A stretch of 64,000 nt of DNA from positions 160,001 to 224,000 of the forward strand of contig CAVQXP010000001.1 of the NCBI GenBank assembly GCA_963717935.1, in the 5' to 3' direction. The notes below the pieces were generated by a model. That model was not told the DNA's origin and did not search any database. It saw only the letters and a program-made list of their open reading frames with translations. Positions 14,033-24,926 of the stretch are shown here, one piece after another. Each line of letters opens with the position of its first letter. Position 1 is the stretch's first letter. This DNA comes from Candidatus Eiseniibacteriota bacterium (GTDB taxonomy: Bacteria > Eisenbacteria > RBG-16-71-46). A program made the translations under genes and the position numbers.

Positions 14033-14485
14033 ATGTCCGACAGCAATCGCGTCGTCGCCCACCTGCTCGACGGCAAGCTCCTCAAGGGGACGACCCAGGA
14101 CTTCTTCCCCAACCGCCCGGTGTTCCACCTCGCGCCGCTCGAGGGCGGCCTGCCCGTCGAGGTACACGCCCGGCAGCTCAAGGCCGTCTTCTTCGTCCGG
14201 CAGTTCGCGGGCGACACCGCGCGCCGCGACGTGCGCGGATTCATCGACGCCCCGAGCGAGACCGCCCAGGGCAAGAAGCTGGCCGTGCGCTTCAAGGACG
14301 GCGAGTTGCTCTGCGGCTACTCGCTGGCCTACTCGCCGGACCGGGATGGCTTCTTCATGTTCCCGTCCGACGCCGGCACGAACAACCTGCGCGTCTACGT
14401 GCTGACCGCGTCCGCCGTGGAGATCAAGGCCGGTCCGGCCGCCGAGGTGCTCGCCCAGAAGGTGCTCACCGAGCGCGCGGCCTGA
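14033..14485 (+). CDS. Conserved hypothetical protein (DUF6982-like, internally duplicated)
   Basis: GAGGA RBS; two similar halves VVAHLLDGKLLKG / LAVRFKDGELLCG; LKAVFFVRQF. Confidence 0.75.
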   Translation: MSDSNRVVAHLLDGKLLKGTTQDFFPNRPVFHLAPLEGGLPVEVHARQLKAVFFVRQFAGDTARRDVRGFIDAPSETAQGKKLAVRFKDGELLCGYSLAYSPDRDGFFMFPSDAGTNNLRVYVLTASAVEIKAGPAAEVLAQKVLTERAA

Positions 14486-14505
14486 GCGGGACGTCCCGCC
14501 CGGCG

Positions 14506-14528
14506 AGCCCCGCTCCCCGAGCGGGGCT
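14506..14528 (+). terminator. Hairpin downstream of the 14033..14485 gene
   Basis: AGCCCCGCTC-ccc-GAGCGGGGCT. Confidence 0.5.
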
Positions 14529-14638
14529 TCGCGCTCCGGGCCCTGCCCCTTCCAGGGCCCGCCTTGCGGAACGAAGGACATCTCGGCTAGATTCCCTGCC
14601 CCCACCGTGGCGGGGAACCTCTGACACCCGGGAGAACC

Positions 14639-14740
14639 ATGACCTCGTTCAAGCATCGCCTGCACCGCAAGAACGCCCGCAAGGCCGCGCGCAAGAAGGC
14701 CGCCAAGGCCCGCGCCGCGAAGAAAGCCCCCCGCCGCTAG
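14639..14740 (+). CDS. 33-aa Lys/Arg/Ala-rich small protein (not in ORF track)
   Basis: GGAGA RBS; MTSFKHRLHRKNARKAARKKAAKARAAKKAPRR*; host-like codons (AAG, GCC, CGC); TAGATT -10-like box at 14588. Confidence 0.7.
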   Translation: MTSFKHRLHRKNARKAARKKAAKARAAKKAPRR

Positions 14741-14827
14741 AGAAGAAGCACGGAGGGGAGCTTCCGATTCAGCGCACCGCCTCCAGGGGGACGGACGCGC
14801 GTGCGCGGGAGGAGCGCCTGGCGGCGC

Positions 14828-15556
14828 TCAGCTCAGGTCGAGATACTTGAGGTCGAGCGGCACGAAGAGCCCTCCACCCGGCCCCCCGAACAGATCGGCG
14901 CCGCGGCGCAGCGACTCGGACGGGATGTCCACCACCGGCACGTCGAGATCATCGGTGGCCGCGATCTTCGACGTCGTCGGCAGCGCGTAGCGCTCGCTCG
15001 CCAGGTAGTCCTCGAACTCGTCGAGCGTCCAGGCGAAGAGCGCGTCCACCTCCCACACCAGGCGCACCTCCCGGCCCCGCGTGAGATCGGGCGGGTCGTC
15101 GGGGCGCGCGGGCACGAGCGTGCCGACCGCGCAGCAATCGCAGCCGAACCAGAACTCGAGCTCGCCCTTCAGCACCAGGTTCTCCGTGATGCGCGCCTCG
15201 AGCGGCGCGTCCTTCCAGACGTTCATCAACAACTCGCTCACGGCGAACTGATAGCGCAGCAGGGCCCGCGGATCGTCGTCGGCGGCGCCCCGGAGCCCGG
15301 TCGCCAGCACGCGCAGGTTGCGGATCGCCTCGATGCGCACCCAGGGCGAGCGCCGGTCGCACAGGGCGCTCAGGTTCTTGAGCGTGCCGTCGAGCCGCTC
15401 GCGCGCGACGGCCAGCAGGTCCGAGAAGCTGCCGGTGTCCTTGTCGAGGAACTCCACGGTGCGTCGCATCGCCTGGTTCAGCGGCAGGTAGGCCGCGCGC
15501 AGCGTGGCCCAGTCCTCGGTCAGCCGCTGCTTCGCGATGACGTCCCAGTCCGCCAT
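14828..15556 (-). CDS. Hypothetical protein
   Basis: GGAGGA RBS before MADWDVIAKQRLTEDW; normal globular composition and GC3 bias. Confidence 0.7.
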   Translation of the reverse strand: MADWDVIAKQRLTEDWATLRAAYLPLNQAMRRTVEFLDKDTGSFSDLLAVARERLDGTLKNLSALCDRRSPWVRIEAIRNLRVLATGLRGAADDDPRALLRYQFAVSELLMNVWKDAPLEARITENLVLKGELEFWFGCDCCAVGTLVPARPDDPPDLTRGREVRLVWEVDALFAWTLDEFEDYLASERYALPTTSKIAATDDLDVPVVDIPSESLRRGADLFGGPGGGLFVPLDLKYLDLS

Positions 15557-15732
15557 GATGGTTCCTCCCCGACCGGCCGATGCGCTGCGATGCGTGCGGG
15601 AAGCAGTATAGCGAAGGCTCACCGCACCGGTCCAACCACCGCGGCGGCAGGGCCGGGGACACGCGGGCGCGTGCTATGCTGGGTCCGCTTCCCGTTCGGA
15701 TCCGGCCCGTCCATCCCACCCGGAGGAATGCC

Positions 15733-16852
15733 ATGCGCGACCCGCGCAACGCCCGGCTGGCCCAGGTCATCGTCCACCATTCGACGCGGCTCCAGCCCGG
15801 CGAGGCCATCCTCATCGAGGCCTTCGACCTGCAGGACGGGCTCGTGCACGACCTGGTGGAGGAGGCCTGCCGCGCGGGGGGTGTCCCGCTCGTCCAGCTC
15901 CGCACCAACCCGGTCATCCGCCAGGTGCTCGTCAGCGGCAGCGAGGCACAGATCCGCCTGCAGGCCGAGGTCGAGCTCTTCCAGATGAAGAAGGTGCAGG
16001 CCTACGTGGGGTTGCGCGCCTCGGACAACGTCTCCGAACTCGGCGACGTGCCGCGCCGGGCAGCTCAAGCTCTACACCCGGCTCCTGCAGCAGCCGGTCC
16101 ATCTCGACTGGCGCGTGAACCACACCAAGTGGGTGGTGCTGCGCTACCCCACGGCCGCGATGGCCCAGCTCGCGGGCATGAGCACCGAGCAGTTCGAGGA
16201 GTTCTTCTACCGCGTGTGCACCCTCGACTACGGCCGCATGGCCGAGGCCATCGTGCCGCTCGCGGAGCGCATGAGGCGCACCGACCAGGTGCGCCTCACC
16301 GGCCCGGGCACCGACCTGCGCTTCCGCATCCAGGGGATGGGGGTGGTGCCGTGCGAGGGCCGGCGGAACCTCCCCGACGGCGAGTGCTACACGGCCCCGC
16401 TGCGCGACTCGGTCGAGGGCACGATCACCTACAACACGCCCTCGCTCTACCTCGGCACCACCTATGGCGGGCTCTCGTTCACGTTCGAAGGCGGCCGCAT
16501 CGTGCGGGCCACGGGCGATCCCCAGGACAAGCTGGACGCGCTGCTCGACACCGACGAGGGGGCGCGCTTCGTGGGCGAGTTCTCGCTGGGCTTCAACCCC
16601 TTCATCCTGCACCCCATGAAGGACACGCTCTTCGACGAGAAGATCGCGGGCTCGCTCCACCTCACGCCGGGGCAGGCGTACAAGGCCGCGGACAACGGCA
16701 ACCAGTCGCAGATCCACTGGGACCTGGTGCTCATCCAGCGGCCCGAGTACGGCGGCGGCGAGATCTGGTTCGACGGGGAACTCGTCCGCAAGGACGGCCG
16801 CTTCGTGGCGCCCGAGCTGGAGAACCTGAACCCCGAGAGGCTCGGGGCGTAG
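15733..16852 (+). CDS. Aminopeptidase, M29 (AmpS/PepS-like) family; one frameshift near 16060
   Basis: [66 protein letters not shown]. Confidence 0.9.
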
Positions 16853-16855
16853 CCC

Positions 16856-18786
<1,931 letters not shown>

Positions 18787-18790
<4 letters not shown>

Positions 18791-20703
18791 CGAGGATGCG
18801 GAAGCCGGAACGCAGGGACCCGGAGGCCGCCGGGGCCCCGGCATCCGCGCCGGGCACCTCGCGCGGGCGCTGGATCGCGGAGGTCCTGCTCGTCCTCGCC
18901 GCGGCCCTGCTGGCCTTCTACCGCACGCGCGAGCGGGACTTCTGGTTCCACCTCGCCGCCGGCCGCTCGATCGTCGAGCATGGACTGCCCGCCACCGAGC
19001 GCTGGTGCCTCGCCGCCTTCGGGCAGTGGCCCTGGCTGGGCGAGTGGCTCTACCACGTCACCCTCTACACCGTGCGTGGCTTCGGCGGCGACGCCGGAGT
19101 GGCCCTCTGGCGGGCGGCGTGGTCCGGACTCGCCATGGCACTCGCCCTGGCGCTTGCACGGGTCACGCGGGCGGGCCTCTGCGCAACCGCACTCGCCGTG
19201 CCGCTCGTGCTGGCCATCACGCGCACACGGCTCGCCGCCCGCCCCGAGCAGGTGACGGTCGCGTTCGTGCTCCTCTTCCTGCTCGTCTTCGAGCACGCGC
19301 GCAAGAGCGGGCGGGACCGCACCGCATGGCTCCTGCCCGCGGGCATCGCGTGGGCCAACCTGCATCCCGGCTGGATCCTGGGCCCGCTGATCGCCGCGCT
19401 CTACACCGCGTTCGCAGCGCTGAAACCCTCGACCCGCGCCCGCGCTCTGCGCTGGGCGCTCCTCGCCCTCGCGCTCTTCGCGGCCGGCGCGGTGAGCCCG
19501 CGACCGCTCGACACGCTCTCCCTGCGCCTGGTGCGCGACGTGGGCGCCGACCCGATGGTGCGCACCATCGAGGAGTTGAGACCGTGGCAGTGGGCCGAGG
19601 ACCGCACCCGGCCCTTCACCGGGCTCGCATTGCTCGCGCTGGTGGCCGCGGCCCTGGGCGCCCGGCGAGCGTGGCGCGCCTCGGGCCCCCTCACGCTCGC
19701 CGCCGTGGCCGGGCTCGCCGCGGGGCTCGTCTCGTACCGCTTCCGCGGGCTGGGCGCGCTCGCCGCCCTGCCCATGGTGGCGGCCGCGCTCGACCCTGCA
19801 TGGCCGCGCGGCGCCAGCCATCCGGGGGGCGACGCGCTCGCCCGCGGCCCCGTTCCGCGCCTCGCGCTCGCGGCGCTCGTGCTCGCCGCGCTGGCAGGAG
19901 TCACCTGGATCGTGGCCGACGGCAGGTACTTCCCCCCAGGCGTCACGCCCATCGAGGATTCCGTGCCCGTGCGCGCCGTGGCCCTCGCGGACGCCCTCGG
20001 GCTCGACGGCCCGGTGCTCAACACTCCGTGGTACGGCGGCTACATCCTCTGGGTGCGGGGCGAGCGCCACCTGCCACTGCAGGACACCCGCAATCTCGGC
20101 AGCGCCGCGTTCCGCTCACGCCTCGTGCGCGCGCGGCTCGATCCGGCGGCGATGGACTCGCTGCTCGCCCGGTGGCGCTTCACCCACGCCATCCTCGAGC
20201 CCCCCATGGACGCGCGCGACCAGATGGCCCGCCAGCTCTTCGATCGCCCCGACTGGGCGTTGCTGTTCGCCGACGACGCGGGGCTCCTGTTCGTGCGGCG
20301 CGACCTCTACCCCGCCGCCACCACCACGCTCGGCTACCGGCTCCTGAGCCCCGACTACGGCGAACTGGGCGCGGTCGCCGCGCGCGCGCAGGCCGACACC
20401 ACGCTCCGGCGGGAGCTCGCGGCCGAACTCGAGCGCGCGCGCCGGGAGTCCCCGTGGAACGCGCGGGCCAGTCTCTGGCTGGGACTGCTGGCGCTCGCGG
20501 ACGGACGGGCGCGCGAGGCGCTCGGGTACTTCGAGCGCGTCGAGCGGCTCGCTCCCATCACGCCCGGCCTGGCCCTGCGGCAGGGCCTCGCGCACGAGAG
20601 GCTGGGCGACGCGGACGAGGCCCGGCGCGCCTACCGGCGCGCCCTGCGCGACACCGCGGACACTGCGGACGCACGCGCGGCGCTGGCGCGGCTGGGGCGC
20701 TAG
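18787..20703 (+). CDS. Multi-pass membrane protein (GT-C-like) with C-terminal TPR
   Basis: DFWFHLAAGRSI, WLGEWLY, ARPE, WANLHPG, TIEELRP, YGGYILW; TPR-like tail; ATGA overlap with ABC-F stop. Confidence 0.75.
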
Positions 20704-20826
20704 GAAGCGGCGAGCCCGAGAACCGGGATTTCAACCCCCGGAGGTCGAATCGCTGACTTCGTCCTCCAGAGGTCGAGCGACGCCGGACCTCCTGCGCGGC
20801 GGCGTCCCCGCACCCTCACCGGCCGA

Positions 20827-20856
20827 TTGACGCGCCACACGGCCGCGGGCTAGTCT
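20827..20856 (+). promoter_or_regulatory. Sigma70-like promoter, probably leaderless transcript for BMC-T
   Basis: TTGACG-N18-TAGTCT, 7 nt before ATG 20864, no RBS. Confidence 0.6.
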
Positions 20857-20863
20857 GCGCCCC

Positions 20864-21496
20864 ATGGCCGACGTGACCCTGCGCTCCTACGTCTTTCTCG
20901 ACGACCTGCAGCCCCAGCTCGCCGCCTTCATCGGCACGACCGCCCGGGGGTTCCTGCCCGTCGCCGGCGTGGCCTCGCTGTTCATCGAGACCGCGCCGGG
21001 GCTCATCATCAACCGGCTCATGGACGTGGCCCTCAAGGCCACGAGCTGCACGCCCGCCATCATGGTGGTGGAGCGCGCCTTCGGCATGCTCGAGCTCCAC
21101 GACTGGGACAAAGGCCAGGTGCAGACCGGCGGGCAGGCCGTGCTGGACTACCTGAAGCTCGAGGAGCACGACCGCATGACGCCGCGGGTGGTCTCGGACC
21201 ACATCATCCGCTCGGTGGAGCCCTACCATGCGCAGCTGATCAACAAGATCCGCTACGGTGATCAGTTGCTCTCGGGCGAGTCGCTGCTCATCCTCGAGAC
21301 CGAGCCCGCCGCCTACATCGCCTTCGCCGCGAACCAGGCCCTGAAGGCCGCGCACGTGAAGCTCATCGACGCGCAGCTCTTCGGCGCCTACGGCCGCCTC
21401 TACCTGTCGGGCCCCGAGGCCGAAGTCGACGCCGCGCGCGACGGAGCCCTGCGCGGGCTCGAGACCATCAAGGGCAGGGATGCGCCGAAGGGCTGA
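20864..21496 (+). CDS. Bacterial microcompartment shell protein, tandem permuted BMC-T (CcmP/CsoS1D/BMC-Tdp type)
   Basis: LRSYVFLDDLQPQLA, IETAPG, VVERAFGMLELH, LETEPAAY..AANQALKAA, FGAYGRLYLSG. Confidence 0.9.
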   Translation: MADVTLRSYVFLDDLQPQLAAFIGTTARGFLPVAGVASLFIETAPGLIINRLMDVALKATSCTPAIMVVERAFGMLELHDWDKGQVQTGGQAVLDYLKLEEHDRMTPRVVSDHIIRSVEPYHAQLINKIRYGDQLLSGESLLILETEPAAYIAFAANQALKAAHVKLIDAQLFGAYGRLYLSGPEAEVDAARDGALRGLETIKGRDAPKG

Positions 21497-21593
21497 CGGG
21501 CCTTGACTCCTCCGAGATCCGTCTCGGACGGCCTACCTGCGGGCGACCCCCGCCAAAGCACGGCAAGGACACGGAGCGTCGAACCTGCGGACC

Positions 21594-21649
21594 CCCTCTG
21601 AGCGCCAGTGGCGCTGGTGCGGAGCCGGGTGCGCGTTACCAACAGAGGG
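21594..21649 (+). promoter_or_regulatory. Candidate RBS-sequestering structured leader of DUF485-actP
   Basis: CCCTCTG (21594-21600) pairs with CAGAGGG (21643-21649, includes the RBS) and encloses two hairpins. Confidence 0.4.
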
Positions 21650-21657
21650 AACACACG

Positions 21658-21927
21658 ATGGCTGGACTGGACTTCAAGACCCCCGTGGCCAGAGAGCAGG
21701 AGGACACGGCGGTCGTCGCGCACAACACGCGCATGGGCGTGATCCTGTTCGTCGTGTACGTGCTGTTCTACGGAGGGTTCATGGCCCTGAGCGCCTTCTG
21801 GCCGGAGATCATGAGCAAGCCGTTCCTGCGCGGGGTGAACCTCGCCGTCGTGTACGGTTTCGCGCTGATCGTGGCCGCGCTCGTGCTGGCGCTGGTCTAC
21901 ATGAAGACCTGCCGCAAGTCGGCATAG
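21658..21927 (+). CDS. DUF485 (YjcH-like) small membrane partner of ActP
   Basis: Two TM helices, YVLFYGGFMALSAF, GVNLAVVYG; directly upstream of a sodium:solute symporter. Confidence 0.85.
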   Translation: MAGLDFKTPVAREQEDTAVVAHNTRMGVILFVVYVLFYGGFMALSAFWPEIMSKPFLRGVNLAVVYGFALIVAALVLALVYMKTCRKSA

Positions 21928-21937
21928 GGAGACCCCC

Positions 21938-23870
21938 ATGATTCACGCTACCTCCTGGATCGCCGTCCTGGTCTTCCTGTTCTTCGCCGGTGCCGTCCTG
22001 GCCATCAGCTTCTACCTGGGGGCCCGGGCCAAGTCGGCCAGCGGCTACTTCGCGGCCGGCGGCGGCATCCACTGGGCGGTCAACGGCATCGCGTTCGCCG
22101 GCGACTACCTCTCGGCGGCCTCGTTCCTCGGCATCTGCGGCATGATCGCCTTCTTCGGCTACGACGGTTTCCTGTATTCCATCGGTTATCTCGCCGGCTG
22201 GATCGTGGCGCTCTTCATCATCGCCGAGCCGCTCAAGCGGCTGGGCCGTTTCACGTTCGCCGACGCCCTCGACAACAAATTCAACTCCCGCGGCATCAAG
22301 CTGGCGGCGGCCATCAGCACGCTGGTGGTGAGCTGCTTCTACCTGATTCCGCAGATGGTCGGAGCCGGCGCGCTGGTGCAGCCGCTGCTGGGGTTCCCGC
22401 ACTACGTCGGGGTGATCGTGGTGGGCCTGATCGTGACCACGATCGTCACCACGGCGGGCATGGTCTCGACCACCTGGGTCCAGTTCATCAAGGGGACCAT
22501 CCTGGTGCTGTTGTGCGCGTTCATCACCGTGCTGCTCCTCATGCGGGGCGTGACCACGAAACCCACGGATGCCAACGGCAACGAGGTGCGCATCCTGAAG
22601 CGGGGCGTGCCGACCGCGGAAGTCATCGGCGCCCCGGGGGCCACCGTCCTGCCCGAGGAGGGCGCGTGGAAGGACAGGCCCTACCTGCGCGTCCAGACTC
22701 CGACGGGCGCCGTGTCCGTCTGGCACAAGGACGGCGACCTGCTGTCCGAGGCGCAGACCCTCACCGTGCGGAAGGACGGCAGGAAGCTCGTCAACGGATT
22801 GCCGCGGGGCAAGAACGAGGGCGAAGCAGACCTCGCGCCGGTGGGCTACGCCTCGAAGCTGCCGGGCGGGGTGGAGCGCACCGGGCCGCAGAGCCCGTTC
22901 GGGTTCCTGCGCACCATGCAGGAGAGCGAGGTCATCCTCTGGGGCTCGGAGAAGATCGCCGAGGCAGACGGCAGCGCCACGACGGTGTACTACCAGAAGC
23001 CCACCGCGGGCGCCGACTTCATGGCCCCCGGCTCCAGCCCGACGTTCAAGAAGGTCCGCAGCAAGAAGCTGTTCGACAAGCTCGACTTCCTGTCCCTCAT
23101 GCTCGCGCTCTTCTGCGGCACGGCGTCGCTGCCGCACATCCTGATCCGCTACTACACGGTCAAGGACCAGATCAGCGCCCGCAAGAGCACCGTGGTGGGC
23201 ATCGCGGCCATCGGGTTCTTCTACGTGCTGACGCTCTTCCTGGGCCTGGGCGCGATGACCAGCGGGAGCCTCGACGTCACCGACTCGAACATGTCCGCGC
23301 CGCTGCTGGCGCGCAGCCTGAACGAGCTCCTCTTCGCGGTGCTCTCGGCCGTGGCCTTCACCACGGTGCTGGGCACGGTCAGCGGCCTGATCATGGCCGC
23401 GAGCGGCGCGGTCGCCCATGACCTCATGACCAACTTCATGAAGATGAAGCTGGACGAGTTCCAGAAGGTGCGCGCCGCCAAGATCGCCGCCGTGTGCGTC
23501 GGTCTGCGTGGCGATCTGCCTGGGCATCCTGTTCGCCAAGATGAACGTCAACTTCCTGGTCGGCTGGGCCTTCAACATCGCCGCCTCGGCCAACCTGCCG
23601 GCGCTCGTCATGCTCCTCTTCTGGAAACGCACGACCAAGCAGGGCATCACGGCCGCCATCGTGGTGGGCATGATCTCCTCGCTGGCCTGGATCCTCCTGA
23701 GCGCACAGGCCTACAAGGACGTGTACGGGCTGGATCCGGCGCTGGCCATCGTGCCCTTCAGCCAGCCGGCGATCGTCACCATCCCGCTGGGCTTCCTGGT
23801 CCTGGTCCTCGTCTCACTGATGACGCCGCGCCCGGAGGAGCCGAGCAGGGCCGTGCCCAGTCCAGCCTGA
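21938..23870 (+). CDS. actP: Cation/acetate symporter (SSS family); one frameshift near 23505
   Basis: NGIAFAGDYLSAASFLG, YLIPQMVGAG, GMVSTTWVQFIKG, GTASLPHILIRYYTV, AFNIAASANLP. Confidence 0.9.
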
Positions 23871-23928
23871 CGTTCGCCTCAGGGCGGAGGCGCAGACACT
23901 CCCTCCCGGGAGGATTTCACAGCGGGGA

Positions 23929-23966
23929 TCGCACGGGCGTTTCGTCCCACGGAAACGCCCGTGCGA
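23929..23966. terminator. Hairpin between convergent actP and phosphoesterase
   Basis: TCGCACGGGCGTTTC-loop-GAAACGCCCGTGCGA, perfect 15-bp stem. Confidence 0.65.
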
Positions 23967-24097
23967 GGAGCGCGTGGGCGCCGGCTCCCTCGCTGCCCGG
24001 CACCGGTCGCCATCTCCGCGGCGGGCATGTTCAGGCCGACAGCGTGCCCCCGAGCACCATCACGGCCACCGTCTCGCGGGCTGCGCGGGGTGGGGGC

Positions 24098-24922
24098 TCA
24101 GCGGGCCCCATCGACCTGCACATCCCCCGCGACATCCGGCGCGCTCGGATCGGCGGGGCACAGCAGGAGCTTCTTCTCCTCGGTATCCCAGATCACGAGG
24201 GTACGAAGGGGCGAGTCGAGGTCGTCGCTGACGCACACGAAGCGGGTGCCTTCCACGGTGGCCTGGTGCGCGCGATGGAAATGGCCGAAGACCCAGGCCC
24301 GCGGCTTGTAGGCGAGATCGAGCCACAGCCAGCCCAGTTCCACCTCACCGCAGTCATCCTCCGGCCCGGGATCGAAGCCCACCGCCGTGATGTGCTCCGC
24401 GACGCCGGGCTGCATCTCGGCAGAGCTCCGGATCCCGATGCCGATCCGCGAAGGGCAGGAATGAGTGACGATGAGTTCGGGCCGCTCGCGGTTGAACAAC
24501 GCGGCGGCGTGTTCCCGCTGGCGGCGCAGGATGTAGTTGGGGAAGCCGCTGAACAGGTTGTGCCGCTGGGGCCGGTCCACGTGCAGGGCGCCGCCCAGGA
24601 AACCGACTCTGGAGCCGCCGAAGACGGCCACGGACGGGCGCGGCTGATAGATGAGATTGCTCTCCTTCTGCCAGCTCCTCGCCATGCCGAGCAGGAGCGC
24701 GCGGCGCAGCCACGGATGATCCTCGTGGTTGCCGTCGATGACGTGCAGCGGGACGGGGTAGCGGAGTCGCTCCTCGCGGGCCTGCATCATCAGGTCCCGG
24801 TAGAACCCGAAGTCGCCCACCTGGATCGCGGCCGCGATCCTGAAGTCGGTCTGGGCCTGCCGCAGGCCCTCGACCACCTTCCGGTGCTGGCCATGCACGT
24901 CGCCGACGATCAGGACACGCAT
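24098..24922 (-). CDS. Calcineurin-like metallophosphoesterase
   Basis: All five motifs: GDVHG, GDFG, GNHE, THSCP, GHFH. Confidence 0.9.
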   Translation of the reverse strand: MRVLIVGDVHGQHRKVVEGLRQAQTDFRIAAAIQVGDFGFYRDLMMQAREERLRYPVPLHVIDGNHEDHPWLRRALLLGMARSWQKESNLIYQPRPSVAVFGGSRVGFLGGALHVDRPQRHNLFSGFPNYILRRQREHAAALFNRERPELIVTHSCPSRIGIGIRSSAEMQPGVAEHITAVGFDPGPEDDCGEVELGWLWLDLAYKPRAWVFGHFHRAHQATVEGTRFVCVSDDLDSPLRTLVIWDTEEKKLLLCPADPSAPDVAGDVQVDGAR

Positions 24923-24926
24923 GCGC

